A stretch of 64,000 nt of DNA from Patescibacteria group bacterium (lineage in GTDB: Bacteria > Patescibacteriota > Minisyncoccia > UBA6257 > GWB1-50-10). The DNA is taken from positions 42,262 through 106,261 of the forward strand of contig JANBVK010000001.1 in NCBI GenBank assembly GCA_024239035.1. The letters run 5' to 3'. Within the stretch, counting starts at the first letter, position 1; each line of letters begins with the position of its first letter. A program made the position numbers and the translations under genes. Below are positions 31,829-41,845 of this stretch, one piece after another. The notes below the pieces were generated by a model. It searched no databases. It was not told the origin of the DNA and saw only the letters and a list, made by a program, of their open reading frames with translations.

Positions 31829-32230
31829 TCAAGACCTTCTAAGCGACTTGATGATGCGTAGAATTACAAGACGTATCCTCGGTCTGACCTTCTCACCGTT
31901 GGTATGCCTATTCCCGCAATGTGGGCAAGGACCCGCATTGCCCAGAACTTTACCATCCCGCCTCCTGCCATTCCGACGAGCGATATCCTCACGAACCCGA
32001 CGCTCACAGTGGAAAATCCGTGAACTGTTAGGCAACTCCCAATACCAGCAACACGGTCCGCAATTCGTCACGAAATCAACTTCTTCTCCTGCCTGCCGAG
32101 CACGGACAACTTTTTCAGGAACGTACTGCGCCCCACGGTCTAGATCTTCAGTACTTCTTTCCGACCCTCTGACTAAAGAACCAAGCACATAAAAACCGAC
32201 TTTACTTGAACGCCTGTCGCCCGCTGCCAT
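31829..32230 (-). CDS. Cys-rich basic ORFan
   Basis: GAGG SD; CGPCC, HC, CPHC motifs. Confidence 0.55.
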   Translation of the reverse strand: MAAGDRRSSKVGFYVLGSLVRGSERSTEDLDRGAQYVPEKVVRARQAGEEVDFVTNCGPCCWYWELPNSSRIFHCERRVREDIARRNGRRRDGKVLGNAGPCPHCGNRHTNGEKVRPRIRLVILRIIKSLRRS

Positions 32231-32347
32231 AACGCCTCTTTCTTTTTTTAAGGTGCGATATTACCAACGCTCTCTCGCGAAACACTAGATCATCTGCCCG
32301 TCTGGTGCTAACTTACACATTATCAATTTAAGCCTATTAAGGTCAAG

Positions 32348-32812
32348 TCAAACCTCTCTCACCTCAAATTTATCAAAAGTATCGCCCTTGTCATTAAAAT
32401 GAAACTCGGCTTCAATTTTCTTACCCGCAAGAACAAGCGGCAACCAATGAATATCATCAGCCCACATTTCTTTATAAGGAATTTCCTGATGTTTATACCA
32501 CTGGGGTTTCATCTCCTCCGATTCCCTTGGTTCTCTCTCCCATTCCCTGATAAGGAAAACATGCATATGATTATCCCATCCCGGATTATCCTTAAAGTAG
32601 AACTTAATGCTACCGACGTTCTCTAAACACTCCAGATTCGCGGTTATTCCAATTTCCTCATTCATCTCCCGAATAGCAGCTTCTTCAACGGTTTCTTTTT
32701 TCCCAACTTTTCCTCCAACGCCATTCCACTTCCCCACCCCAAACCCCCGCTTCTTCATAGCGAGGAGTATCTCGTTCTCCCTAACCAATAAACACAAAGT
32801 TGTCGGTTTCAT
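32348..32812 (-). CDS. NUDIX hydrolase, MTH1-like 8-oxo-dGTPase
   Basis: KKRGFGVGKWNGVGGK, REMNEEIG, ESEEMKPQW, MWADD..WLP. Confidence 0.9.
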   Translation of the reverse strand: MKPTTLCLLVRENEILLAMKKRGFGVGKWNGVGGKVGKKETVEEAAIREMNEEIGITANLECLENVGSIKFYFKDNPGWDNHMHVFLIREWEREPRESEEMKPQWYKHQEIPYKEMWADDIHWLPLVLAGKKIEAEFHFNDKGDTFDKFEVREV

Positions 32813-32852
32813 AAAATTTATTAAAACATTCTTACTTTTTTTATCCACGCCT

Positions 32853-33899
32853 TCATGCAAATCTCGCTAAGAAAAACAACACTAAACCGAGGGTGGTAGC
32901 AACGGCAGAAATTATCCAAAAGCGCATGGTAATCTGACTCTCAGGCCAGCCCAATGCTTCAAAGTGGTGATGAATCGGCGCCGAGAGAAAAACTTTCTTC
33001 CCCCTAAGCTTCTTGCTCGTAACCTGTATAATCACAGAAAGCGATTCTATTACCAAGATAAATCCGAAAAACGGAAGAAAAAGAGCGGTATTCGTAAGCA
33101 TTGCCATAACCCCAAGAGTAATCCCTAAAGACATTGAACCGGTGTCCCCTATAAAGAATCTCGCCGGGTAAATATTAAACCAAAGAAATGCTAAGAGCGC
33201 CCCCAAAATTGCCGCATTCATAACCGCCAAGTCAAACCTACCGAGAACAAATGAAACAACCGCCAAAGCAGCAAAAGCAAAAAAGAGCACCCCCTCCATC
33301 AACCCGTCTAAACCGTTCGTTTCATTGGCTGAAAAGGCCGTGGCAACAAGTATGAAAATAAAGAATGGAATGTACCAAAGGCCAATTGTGATGTTGCCAA
33401 TAAAAGGAACGTATAAAACGTCAAACCCTAATTTAAAATAAAACCACCACGCCCCGAGAACTGCTACCGCGGTGTAAAGAAGCAGCCTTTGTTTCATGTT
33501 CAGTCCCCCGCCGTGAGGCCCCTTTCCAAAAATTCCAAAAAAATCATCAACCAGACCAACAAGCGCCGCAAGAAATAATGCCGCAAGAGGCAAATACGTC
33601 TCGGCGCGATTCACAAAATCAAAGTAGTTCGCAAAGCCGTCAAATAAAGCGCGCAGAATAAAAAACACCAGCGCTATCCCCAAAACAGTAACCCATATAA
33701 TCACTCCCCCCATCGTGGGAGTATTCGATTTATTTTTATGAAACTGATAAAAGACGGGTGCGCTTTCTTTTCCCCGAATATTATTTTTTCTTAAATTAAA
33801 CTTTTCTAAAAAGTATACAAAAAAGGGCGTGATGATAAGAGCCACCACAAAGGACAAAGCAAACATTATTAAAACCCTAACTGCTTCAAATATTATCAT
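32853..33899 (-). CDS. mraY: phospho-N-acetylmuramoyl-pentapeptide transferase
   Basis: TPTMGG, GLVDD, NETNGLDGL, FIGDTGS, APIHHHFE. Confidence 0.96.
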   Translation of the reverse strand: MIIFEAVRVLIMFALSFVVALIITPFFVYFLEKFNLRKNNIRGKESAPVFYQFHKNKSNTPTMGGVIIWVTVLGIALVFFILRALFDGFANYFDFVNRAETYLPLAALFLAALVGLVDDFFGIFGKGPHGGGLNMKQRLLLYTAVAVLGAWWFYFKLGFDVLYVPFIGNITIGLWYIPFFIFILVATAFSANETNGLDGLMEGVLFFAFAALAVVSFVLGRFDLAVMNAAILGALLAFLWFNIYPARFFIGDTGSMSLGITLGVMAMLTNTALFLPFFGFILVIESLSVIIQVTSKKLRGKKVFLSAPIHHHFEALGWPESQITMRFWIISAVATTLGLVLFFLARFA

Positions 33900-34881
33900 A
33901 CGCCTCTTCAATCCAATTAAAGAGTGACTTAATTTCTTTATTCCGGTCTGGACTGCCGAGCAGTATCGCAATCAATCGTTTGTTGCCTAAAGATAAAATT
34001 GCCAAAAGATTCTCCCCTGCCACATCAGACGTTCCTGTCTTCCCTCCCAGAAAATTCTGTTCGTTTACCAAAGCGTTGATGTTTAAAATAGTGCGGCTTG
34101 TTACGTCATTTATCGGCTGAACAAGCTGGCTCGGCAAGCGGCTCCAGTTAAAAATGTCCGGCTCGTTTTCCAAAATGTATTTGGCAAGCCGCAAGAGATC
34201 ACTGGCGGTGGAAAAATTGATATCCGACAAACCCGAGGCATCATGGAGTATTGTCTGAGTCATACCCAACTTCCGGGCTTTTTGGTTCAGCAATCTCACA
34301 AACTCGTCCTTGCCCAGATAGTTCTCAAAAGCGGCGGCGGCGTCATTGCTTGAGGTTAAAAGCATTATCCTTAAAAGGTCCCTTGCTGTGTAAACCTCGC
34401 CGCTTCGGAGTTCTCCGGCTTTCCCTTCGGTAGCCACAACCTCTTCAGTAATTAGAATTTTTTTATTAGCACCGACGTCCTCCAAAACAACCAAAGCCGT
34501 CAAAAGCTTTGTTAAAGATGCCATCGGCCAGGTTTTATACGTGTTGAGGTGGAAAAAGGGGTAGTTATCATCAAGTGACTGAATAAGCACTGACTCCGCC
34601 CCCACTCGCGGATCCAAAACTTCCCAATCACGCGCCGGGGCTTTCTCTACTTCAAAGGAAGTTCTTAAAATAGAAGTTCTTTGAAAATCAAGCTCCGGTG
34701 AAGGTGTCAGAGAGTTAACCGCGCTATTTTCCTCCGAAGATACTAACGCCTCCGAGGGGCGCACGGACTCATCTCCAATCCTCGTAATTGTAACTGAAAC
34801 CAAAATTAAAATTACCAATAATAATGTCTGCCACTGAATATTCATGCTAATTTTTTCCGATATTCCATGATTTTTATTCAC
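33886..34881 (-). CDS. D-alanyl-D-alanine carboxypeptidase (peptidase S11)
   Basis: ASLTK (SxxK), SSN (SxN), KTG motifs; N-terminal TM. Confidence 0.9.
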   Translation of the reverse strand: MNKNHGISEKISMNIQWQTLLLVILILVSVTITRIGDESVRPSEALVSSEENSAVNSLTPSPELDFQRTSILRTSFEVEKAPARDWEVLDPRVGAESVLIQSLDDNYPFFHLNTYKTWPMASLTKLLTALVVLEDVGANKKILITEEVVATEGKAGELRSGEVYTARDLLRIMLLTSSNDAAAAFENYLGKDEFVRLLNQKARKLGMTQTILHDASGLSDINFSTASDLLRLAKYILENEPDIFNWSRLPSQLVQPINDVTSRTILNINALVNEQNFLGGKTGTSDVAGENLLAILSLGNKRLIAILLGSPDRNKEIKSLFNWIEEAYDNI

Positions 34882-35437
34882 TGCTACTCACCTCAAATCG
34901 TTGCAATATATCCTTATACTTTTCATACTCCGGTAACTCCTCCTGTTTACTCAAACCTATGTGCCCTAAGAAATTAAAGCTAACCCGATATTCATAAACG
35001 TTTTTCTTTTTAGGGTCCGTCTCCCGTTCAATAAGTCCTCGCATTAACAGGCCTCTTAAAATAAAGCTGGAATTCACGCCCCGTACATAATCAATCATTA
35101 ATCTGGGTATGGGCCCCAAATAAGCAATAATAGAAAGTGTCTCAAGCGATGCTGGTGAGAGCTCTTCTCTAAACTCCTCCCGAATTAAACTTTCATTAAT
35201 GTTTTTCAAGTCAGGCTTAGTTACTAGCTGAACCCGCGTTTCTTGCCGCAAAAGCATAAGTCCTCTAGCTGAATTCTGTTTCAGTTCTTGCTCCAAGCCG
35301 TCCAGCAATTTCCCGCATTCAACTTCTTTTATTTTAAGCAACTTAGCGATTTTTTTAACGGTTATCGGCTCTCCGTAATGAAAAAGCAGCGCCTCAAGCT
35401 CCGCTGATTTCTTCGGATTCAATCCACTTACATCCAT
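34874..35437 (-). CDS. scpB: SMC-Scp complex subunit ScpB
   Basis: LEALLF, LSPASLETLSIIAY, VRGVNS. Confidence 0.93.
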   Translation of the reverse strand: MDVSGLNPKKSAELEALLFHYGEPITVKKIAKLLKIKEVECGKLLDGLEQELKQNSARGLMLLRQETRVQLVTKPDLKNINESLIREEFREELSPASLETLSIIAYLGPIPRLMIDYVRGVNSSFILRGLLMRGLIERETDPKKKNVYEYRVSFNFLGHIGLSKQEELPEYEKYKDILQRFEVSSSE

Positions 35438-35476
35438 CTTGTTTATCCTATCAGCCCTATTTAATCTTATCTAGTC

Positions 35477-36184
35477 CTACGCCGCCTTTCTCTTTGTAAT
35501 CTTGATTTCATCAAAATGCCCGCTCTGTTCTACGTGTACAAGCTGATCCTTAATAAGATGTAAAATTGCCAAGAAAAGCACCACCAGCTCACTCCTCGAA
35601 CGACGCCCGTGCAACTCTCTAAACCCCGTGGGATTCTCAGTCAATCTTTTCAACACTTCCTCAATCTTAGTTTCTAAATTAACAACTTCGGTTTTAATGG
35701 TTAGAACCGGCTTAAACACTTTTTCTAACTCACCAACCACCTTAAACAGCGCCCGAGCAAGCTCTTTTTTAGTCACGCCCGGCGGCGGATAAAACGACGG
35801 ACCCACACCCATCAAAAATTCCCGACCCGCCATCTGAGGTAAATTATTCCATTCTCCTTTAATAAGTTTCTGGGCATGCTTGAGCTCAGCATAAAGTTTA
35901 AGCCGCTCCTCAAGACCCCTTATATCTGATTCTTCCTCCTCATCTAACGGTAAGGATGGCAGAAGCACTTTTGACTTTATGAGCACCAACCTTGAAGCCA
36001 CAACCAAAAAATCACTGATCAACGAACGATTCGGCTGATTTTCCTCTAATTTCTTTAGATAGTTTAAAAAATCAGCCGTAACTTCGGCTAAACTAATCTG
36101 GGTAATTTCAAGCTTTTTCCCCTCTACTAATTCTAAAAGCTTATCTAACGGCCCCTTATAATATTCCAAAGACAGCTCATACAT
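35477..36184 (-). CDS. scpA: segregation/condensation protein ScpA
   Basis: YKGPLDKLLELV, IKSKVLLP, FLAILHL. Confidence 0.93.
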   Translation of the reverse strand: MYELSLEYYKGPLDKLLELVEGKKLEITQISLAEVTADFLNYLKKLEENQPNRSLISDFLVVASRLVLIKSKVLLPSLPLDEEEESDIRGLEERLKLYAELKHAQKLIKGEWNNLPQMAGREFLMGVGPSFYPPPGVTKKELARALFKVVGELEKVFKPVLTIKTEVVNLETKIEEVLKRLTENPTGFRELHGRRSRSELVVLFLAILHLIKDQLVHVEQSGHFDEIKITKRKAA

Positions 36185-36206
36185 ACCTCTGTGTTATAAT
36201 GTTAAC

Positions 36207-36593
36207 ATGTTCAAAATCAAAAATCTTAAATTAATAAATCCTGCGCTAGCCCTCCGAATCGGTTTGGGTTTAACTCTAATCTACGCCGGTGTTAACATGT
36301 TCCTAAACCCGTTCAACTGGATTGGTTTCATCCCCCGCTGGATAGGCAATATTATTGATCCCCAAACGTTCCTCTATATTCACTCAACCTTCGAACTTGT
36401 CTTGGGATTAATACTTATTATAGGCCTGTGGCTGCCTCTCGCGGCGCTTCTAATGTTCCTTAATATGTTTGCAATCCTTCTGTTCTTCGGCGTAGACGAC
36501 ATCACTTTCCGCGACTTTGGATTACTTATGGCCGCCCTCGCTCTTTTCCTCCTCGCAGTTGAACGAAAGAGCGGATCTAGCCGTGACGGATGA
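36207..36593 (+). CDS. DoxX family membrane protein
   Basis: LRIGLG, FELVLG, RDFGLL; TATAAT 6 nt upstream. Confidence 0.8.
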   Translation: MFKIKNLKLINPALALRIGLGLTLIYAGVNMFLNPFNWIGFIPRWIGNIIDPQTFLYIHSTFELVLGLILIIGLWLPLAALLMFLNMFAILLFFGVDDITFRDFGLLMAALALFLLAVERKSGSSRDG

Positions 36594-37578
36594 CCATCAC
36601 GTCCCCGTCCTGAATCACATACTCTTTCCCCTCCAACCTTAACCAGCCCTTTTGTTTTGCCGCACTCCAACCACTGCTCTCCAAAAGTTTATCCCATTGA
36701 ATTACCTCGGCTCTGATAAATTTTTCTTCAAAGTCCGTATGGATTACACCGGCCGCCTCAGGAGCCTTGGCGCCGGAATGAATTGTCCAAGCCCGAGATT
36801 CATCTTCCCCTGTAGTAAAGAAACTGATTAAATCCAAAACTTCATATGCTTTTTGAATTAATTTTGATAAATCAATATCAGAAAGAGACAGATTATAAAT
36901 AACATAGTCAGCGTCTAGTTTCTTTATCATGACTTTAAGTTCGTCGGATACATCGCTCTCAGTCCCGTTCAAAAGAAAAAGCTGCTGCTTAGCCGTTAAA
37001 AGATTTAATTGCTTGTGATACTTAGTATCGGTTGTAATCTGCCGGACTAATTCTCCTCTTTCAAGTCCGCTCTTAATAATTTCAAGTTCCTTGCATTCCG
37101 CAATCGCATCCTTTTCCCCGGAACGGGCTTCTTTCGCGGCACTGCTTAGTCTTTTTTCAACTGTATCAAGGTCTTTAAAAATAAGTTCTGTGTTAACGAT
37201 TTCCAAATCTCGAATTGGATGAACGGTATTTTCAACGTGAGTAATATCGCTACTTTCAAAACAACGCAGCACCGTGCAAATCGCATCAACTTCGCGAATA
37301 TGCGTAAGAAATTGATTCCCTAATCCCTCACCCTTTGAAGCGCCGCGAACCAGCCCCGCAATATCATGGAACTCGACAACAGCCGGAATGACTTTTTTTG
37401 AATCGCTAAGTTCACCAAGTTTAATAAGGCGTTCATCAGGAACGCTCACAACGCCGACATTCGGGTCAATAGTCGCAAACGGGTAATTCGCAATGTTCAC
37501 CTCCTGCTTAGTAAGCGCCTTAAAAAGCGTTGACTTGCCAACGTTCGGCAAGCCGACAATTCCTATACTTAATTTCAT
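36577..37578 (-). CDS. ychF: redox-regulated ATPase YchF
   Basis: GIVGLPNVGKST, ANYPFATIDPN, DIAGLV, GEGLGNQFL, EGKEYVIQDGD. Confidence 0.97.
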   Translation of the reverse strand: MKLSIGIVGLPNVGKSTLFKALTKQEVNIANYPFATIDPNVGVVSVPDERLIKLGELSDSKKVIPAVVEFHDIAGLVRGASKGEGLGNQFLTHIREVDAICTVLRCFESSDITHVENTVHPIRDLEIVNTELIFKDLDTVEKRLSSAAKEARSGEKDAIAECKELEIIKSGLERGELVRQITTDTKYHKQLNLLTAKQQLFLLNGTESDVSDELKVMIKKLDADYVIYNLSLSDIDLSKLIQKAYEVLDLISFFTTGEDESRAWTIHSGAKAPEAAGVIHTDFEEKFIRAEVIQWDKLLESSGWSAAKQKGWLRLEGKEYVIQDGDVMVIRHG

Positions 37579-37639
37579 AAGTATAGATTCTACACCTTAT
37601 ATGGTTTAAATTCCAAACTGATGTATAATTTAAAATATA

Positions 37640-37981
37640 ATGGCTCAGAAAATTACTACGGAAGAATTAAAAAAGAAAATAGACGGCAAAGAAAATTTAT
37701 ATCTCATTGACACCCTTTCTGCTAATAGTTTTGAAGGCCGTCATATACCGGCCGCAAAAAGCGTCCCTTTCGGAGCAGATTTTATGGAGAAATTTGAAAA
37801 AGAAGTAGAAGCGCCTAAAGATGCGGAGATTATTACCTACTGCGCTTCAAGTAGTTGTCAAGCAAGTGTCTTAGCGGCTAATGCTCTTGAAAAAGCCGGA
37901 TACACCAACGTAAAGCATTTCGAAGATGGTATTGCCGGCTGGCAAAATGCCGGATATCAGTTCGAAGGCGAGGCGGCTTAA
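37640..37981 (+). CDS. rhodanese-like domain protein
   Basis: HIPAA, YCASSSC, GYTNV...GIAGW. Confidence 0.9.
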   Translation: MAQKITTEELKKKIDGKENLYLIDTLSANSFEGRHIPAAKSVPFGADFMEKFEKEVEAPKDAEIITYCASSSCQASVLAANALEKAGYTNVKHFEDGIAGWQNAGYQFEGEAA

Positions 37982-37988
37982 AACTTCA

Positions 37989-38528
37989 TTATTTCTCAAC
38001 GTAAAACCTATACAATTTCTTCGACCACACCGGCCCGGCGTAGTGAACGCCGATGCGAGGTGAGCGTTTAATTTTTTTCCGCCCGCTGACTGATTCCACC
38101 CCCCTATCCTCCATCCATAAACCGCTCTGCCGACTGGCGAATTTACTATTAAAACGCTTGTCAATTTTAAAAAATTTAGTGAGGCGAGCCGGACCGTTAA
38201 TCCGGCCGTGGACGGACTCCACTCCCCGAATAAGCACCGCCGCCGGATACCCTTTTTCTCCCGTCACAATGTTCAGCATCCAGTGCATCCCGTATGTAAA
38301 ATACACATACCAGTGTCCTGCGGGCCCAAACATGACCTTATTTCTTGGCGTAAGCCCCCGCGAGGCATGACACGCCTTATCGCGCGGCCCATCATACGCC
38401 TCAACTTCTGTAATCATCGTTCGGATAATCTTCCCGCGACCTTGTCGCACAAGATATTTCCCAAGCAGCCCACGCGCAACCGCAACCACCGGCCGCTCAA
38501 AGAATTTTGCAGTTAGAATTTCAGACAC
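37989..38528 (-). CDS. mpg: 3-methyladenine DNA glycosylase (MPG/AAG family)
   Basis: ITEVEAY, YVYFTYGMH, AVLIRG, GPARL, PRIG. Confidence 0.92.
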   Translation of the reverse strand: MSEILTAKFFERPVVAVARGLLGKYLVRQGRGKIIRTMITEVEAYDGPRDKACHASRGLTPRNKVMFGPAGHWYVYFTYGMHWMLNIVTGEKGYPAAVLIRGVESVHGRINGPARLTKFFKIDKRFNSKFASRQSGLWMEDRGVESVSGRKKIKRSPRIGVHYAGPVWSKKLYRFYVEK

Positions 38529-38531
38529 TTT

Positions 38532-38873
38532 TTATAGAAGTTTTCTCACCTCTTCAATTACTTCTTGCGGAATCGGGTCCCGTTCCGGACTTTTCCCCGG
38601 ATAACGCCACGCGGTAATAATCTTCAATTTCTTAGCCCCCTGCTCTTTCCCGCTTACGCTTTGCACCTTATACATCACCCAAACTTCCTGATAACGCTTA
38701 GTGCCTGCCGATTGCATCACCGCCACCGTATCCAGCGCAATTCCCTCTTCCGTACGTTGCGGGTACCGAATAATCCTTTTTATACGACTCTCGGAGATAC
38801 CGTACTGCCGCATTTTCACAAAAGAGTGCGCCGTCCAGGAATATCTCGCATCTTCTTTGGGTTGTTTGAACAT
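38532..38873 (-). CDS. DUF4258-like hypothetical protein
   Basis: WTAHS..KMRQYG, P.R.EEG, KIITAWRYPG. Confidence 0.7.
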   Translation of the reverse strand: MFKQPKEDARYSWTAHSFVKMRQYGISESRIKRIIRYPQRTEEGIALDTVAVMQSAGTKRYQEVWVMYKVQSVSGKEQGAKKLKIITAWRYPGKSPERDPIPQEVIEEVRKLL

Positions 38874-38879
38874 GCCTGT

Positions 38880-39335
38880 TCACTTCCTTTGATAGAGCCC
38901 CGTAAAAACTGTCTTGTCTAAAACGTGTCCTTCCATTGCTTTTAAAACTTCAGTTTTTGGGGATCCTTCGGGGATATCAAGCATTACGTCCAACGCGAAC
39001 ACTCTAAACATATACCGATGTGCCTTATCCCCTTTCGGCGGACAAGGACCACCATAACCCTCGCGACTAAAACTCGTTTTCCCTTGAAGAGCACTCCCCG
39101 GCACACTGTCCTCCGGAATATAGTGCGTCTTGGGATCTATGTTCCATAAAATCCAGTGATCCCAAGTGCCGGCCGGCGCATCGGGGTCATCCATAATTAA
39201 GACAGTGCTCTTTGCTCCCTCGGGAACATTTAAAATTTCAATCAAGGGATTCACGTCCTCACCGTCACAAGTGTACTTAGCGGGAATAAGCCCATTATTC
39301 TTAAAAGCCGAACTTTTTAGTAAAAGATTTCCCAT
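38880..39335 (-). CDS. YbhB/YbcL (PEBP/Raf kinase inhibitor-like) protein
   Basis: YTCDG, DDPDAP, HWILWNI, YGGPCPP, HRY.F. Confidence 0.93.
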   Translation of the reverse strand: MGNLLLKSSAFKNNGLIPAKYTCDGEDVNPLIEILNVPEGAKSTVLIMDDPDAPAGTWDHWILWNIDPKTHYIPEDSVPGSALQGKTSFSREGYGGPCPPKGDKAHRYMFRVFALDVMLDIPEGSPKTEVLKAMEGHVLDKTVFTGLYQRK

Positions 39336-39369
39336 AAATTTCTTTACTTATTAATCTAACAGAAAGACA

Positions 39370-40656
39370 TCACTCCAGAAAGAGCGCCCGTCGATCGTAG
39401 ATATTACTCGGATTCCAAAGCATAAACCCGTCAATAAACTCCAGCGTGCTCGTGGGAACATCATAAACGGCGTCAATTTGTAAACGGACCATCTCGGGAG
39501 TATACTCCGCCCCCAAATCGAATGCCTGCAGCCAAGGACGCAACTTAGATTTTACTTGAGGACTTGCCGGCAGGGTTTCTGGTGTGGATGTTGCCGTTGA
39601 GGTGCTGTTACCGATTCCAAGCGTATAATCCCTAAGCCGAGCCGCCGCCCTGCTTATTGAATAGTTCACCACTTCATATGGATGAACGGCAGGATTCTGA
39701 AAATCCAAAAAACCGCTTATGTAGTGCGAGGGATACACCATCGGAGAAACGTAGTCAAAACTCTCATAAGCGTCTTCAATAATTTGCCCTATTCCTAAAT
39801 CGCCAAAATCCACCGTACTCTGCCCGAAAAGATCCGCAGAAATTTTTGCATCACCCAATTCCTTGCGGAGATACCTGTAAAAATCTCTCATCACTTCATT
39901 TCTCGGAGTCACGCCGTCCCAAAACGGATACGCAATCGCACTAAGATCACCGTCTGAAGGAAACCGAATGTAATCAAAATTAATCTCATCAAAACCGTGG
40001 CTTAGAACGTCACGCACAATTTTAATGTTATAATCCCATACTTCCTTGCTTGCCGGGTCCATCCATCCCAACCCTTTCCGGTCTGTCCAGATACCGCCTG
40101 TCTCCTTGTTCTGAACCGCCAAGTCTGGTCGCGCCAGCGAAAGCCTCGGATCCTGGAAAATCGTAACTCGTGCAATGGCATATATATTTTTCTCGTGCAA
40201 TCTTCTTACTAAATCATCAATGTTTGCAATCCGAATTTCCTTCGCATTGTATTCCTCTACCTCCGGCACTGCAGTATCATACCCCACATACCCTGAGTAA
40301 TCCTTAACGTCAACAACAATGGCGTTTAACTCGGTGGCTCCAATAAGATCAACGAGATAATCAACTCTACTGCGGGTCCCCGCCGACCAATTTGTGGCGT
40401 AGACAGCTTTAATGGTTGAAGGAGGATTTGCAAGGGGTTTAGGCGGCGGGGGTGGAGGTGGAGGCGGCTCTCGTGAAAGCTCCGGACGAGAAGACGTCGC
40501 GGTAAGAGCTAACTCCCCGCCATTATCCCCCGCCTCAGACACAACAACCTCAGTAGTGTTCTCATAGAGAAATAAAAAAATACCGCCCGCAACGAGAAGC
40601 AATATTAACGTAATATAGGTTATAATCCGCACCATACTTTCTATTCTTTTTAACAA
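39370..40656 (-). CDS. putative glycoside hydrolase (DUF4015 family), membrane-anchored
   Basis: NAIVVDVKD, IARV.IFQD, FDEINFDYIRFP, SPMVYPSHY, RPWLQAF, WNPSN; Pro-rich linker; start may be 40635. Confidence 0.88.
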   Translation of the reverse strand: MLKRIESMVRIITYITLILLLVAGGIFLFLYENTTEVVVSEAGDNGGELALTATSSRPELSREPPPPPPPPPKPLANPPSTIKAVYATNWSAGTRSRVDYLVDLIGATELNAIVVDVKDYSGYVGYDTAVPEVEEYNAKEIRIANIDDLVRRLHEKNIYAIARVTIFQDPRLSLARPDLAVQNKETGGIWTDRKGLGWMDPASKEVWDYNIKIVRDVLSHGFDEINFDYIRFPSDGDLSAIAYPFWDGVTPRNEVMRDFYRYLRKELGDAKISADLFGQSTVDFGDLGIGQIIEDAYESFDYVSPMVYPSHYISGFLDFQNPAVHPYEVVNYSISRAAARLRDYTLGIGNSTSTATSTPETLPASPQVKSKLRPWLQAFDLGAEYTPEMVRLQIDAVYDVPTSTLEFIDGFMLWNPSNIYDRRALFLE

Positions 40657-40678
40657 TCCCTATAATAAGTTTACCATT

Positions 40679-41806
40679 ATGCTCGCAATTTACCGAAAAT
40701 ACAGACCCGTCACATTTGAAAGCCTCCTGGGGCAGGACTTAGTCGTAAAAATCTTAAAAGAAGCAGCAAGATCCGACAGACTAGCCCATGCTTATCTCTT
40801 AGCCGGGCCTCGCGGCACCGGTAAAACTACGACCGCCCGGCTTATCGCCAAAATTGCCAATTGCGAAACCAGGAGTACCGACAAAACCTTCAAACAAAAA
40901 GGCGAACCCTGCAACAACTGCAATTCATGCAATACCATAAACGACGGCAGAGCGCTTGACGTTATTGAAATTGACGCCGCATCCAACAGGGGCATCGATG
41001 AGATCAGAAATCTTAAAGAAAGCGTCCGCGTCTCACCCGCCTCTTTGCGCTATAAAGTTTTTATTATTGACGAAGCGCACATGTTAACTAAAGACGCCTT
41101 TAACGCGCTCTTGAAAACCCTTGAAGAACCGCCGCCGTACGTCATTCTCATTCTGGCGACAACGGAAGCGGAAAAAATCCCCGCCACCATTTCCTCGCGA
41201 ACCCAGCAATTCTACTTTAAAAAAGTTTCCGTAAACCAAATTGTAAATAAACTAAAAGACATCATTGCCAAAGAGAAAATAAAAATCTCCGGCGAAGCGC
41301 TGGAGTTAATTGCCGCCTCAGCCGAAGGCAGCTTCCGGGATGCTGAATCTCTCTTGGACCAGTTGGTTTCTTTTAGCTTGCCCGTCGGCAATCAGGGCGG
41401 CTCGGAAATCAATCTAACCGACGTTGAGAAAACACTCGGCAAGGTTGGTTTTGACAAGCTCTCAGAATTTAGCGGGTTCTTATTAAACAGTAACTTGGAA
41501 AAAGCCCTTGAATCAATATCACAAATTGAAGATCACGGGTTTAACCTTGCTCAATTTACCAAGGACTTAATTCAATATCTCCGCCGCGCAGCCGTCCTAA
41601 AATACAATCCTGATATGAAAGATATGTTTAAAAGCGAACTTATGGAAGAACACTTGAATAAACTTATAAACCACTCTAAACTCTTCAATGAAAATCACTT
41701 AGACCTCTTAAAAGGCCTTATCAACGCATATTCTCAAATGCGCTACAGCCAATTCCCAATCATCCCTCTAGAAGTAGCGATTGTTGAGAGTTTAAAAGAC
41801 AAATAA
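40679..41806 (+). CDS. dnaX: DNA polymerase III subunit gamma/tau (short form)
   Basis: YRKYRP, GPRGTGKTT, EIDAASN, IIDEAHML, NALLKTLEEPP. Confidence 0.97.
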   Translation: MLAIYRKYRPVTFESLLGQDLVVKILKEAARSDRLAHAYLLAGPRGTGKTTTARLIAKIANCETRSTDKTFKQKGEPCNNCNSCNTINDGRALDVIEIDAASNRGIDEIRNLKESVRVSPASLRYKVFIIDEAHMLTKDAFNALLKTLEEPPPYVILILATTEAEKIPATISSRTQQFYFKKVSVNQIVNKLKDIIAKEKIKISGEALELIAASAEGSFRDAESLLDQLVSFSLPVGNQGGSEINLTDVEKTLGKVGFDKLSEFSGFLLNSNLEKALESISQIEDHGFNLAQFTKDLIQYLRRAAVLKYNPDMKDMFKSELMEEHLNKLINHSKLFNENHLDLLKGLINAYSQMRYSQFPIIPLEVAIVESLKDK

Positions 41807-41842
41807 AAAAAATCAGCAACCGAATGGGTTACTGATTTTTTT
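41805..41842. terminator. bidirectional intrinsic terminator
   Basis: A-tract-ATCAGCAACC...GGTTACTGAT-T-tract between convergent dnaX and pilin genes. Confidence 0.75.
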
Positions 41843-41845
41843 ATA

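Noticed and set aside
40679-41806. Truncated dnaX or obg as pseudogenes
   Set aside because: Both keep their catalytic motifs and end cleanly; short forms are expected in reduced genomes.
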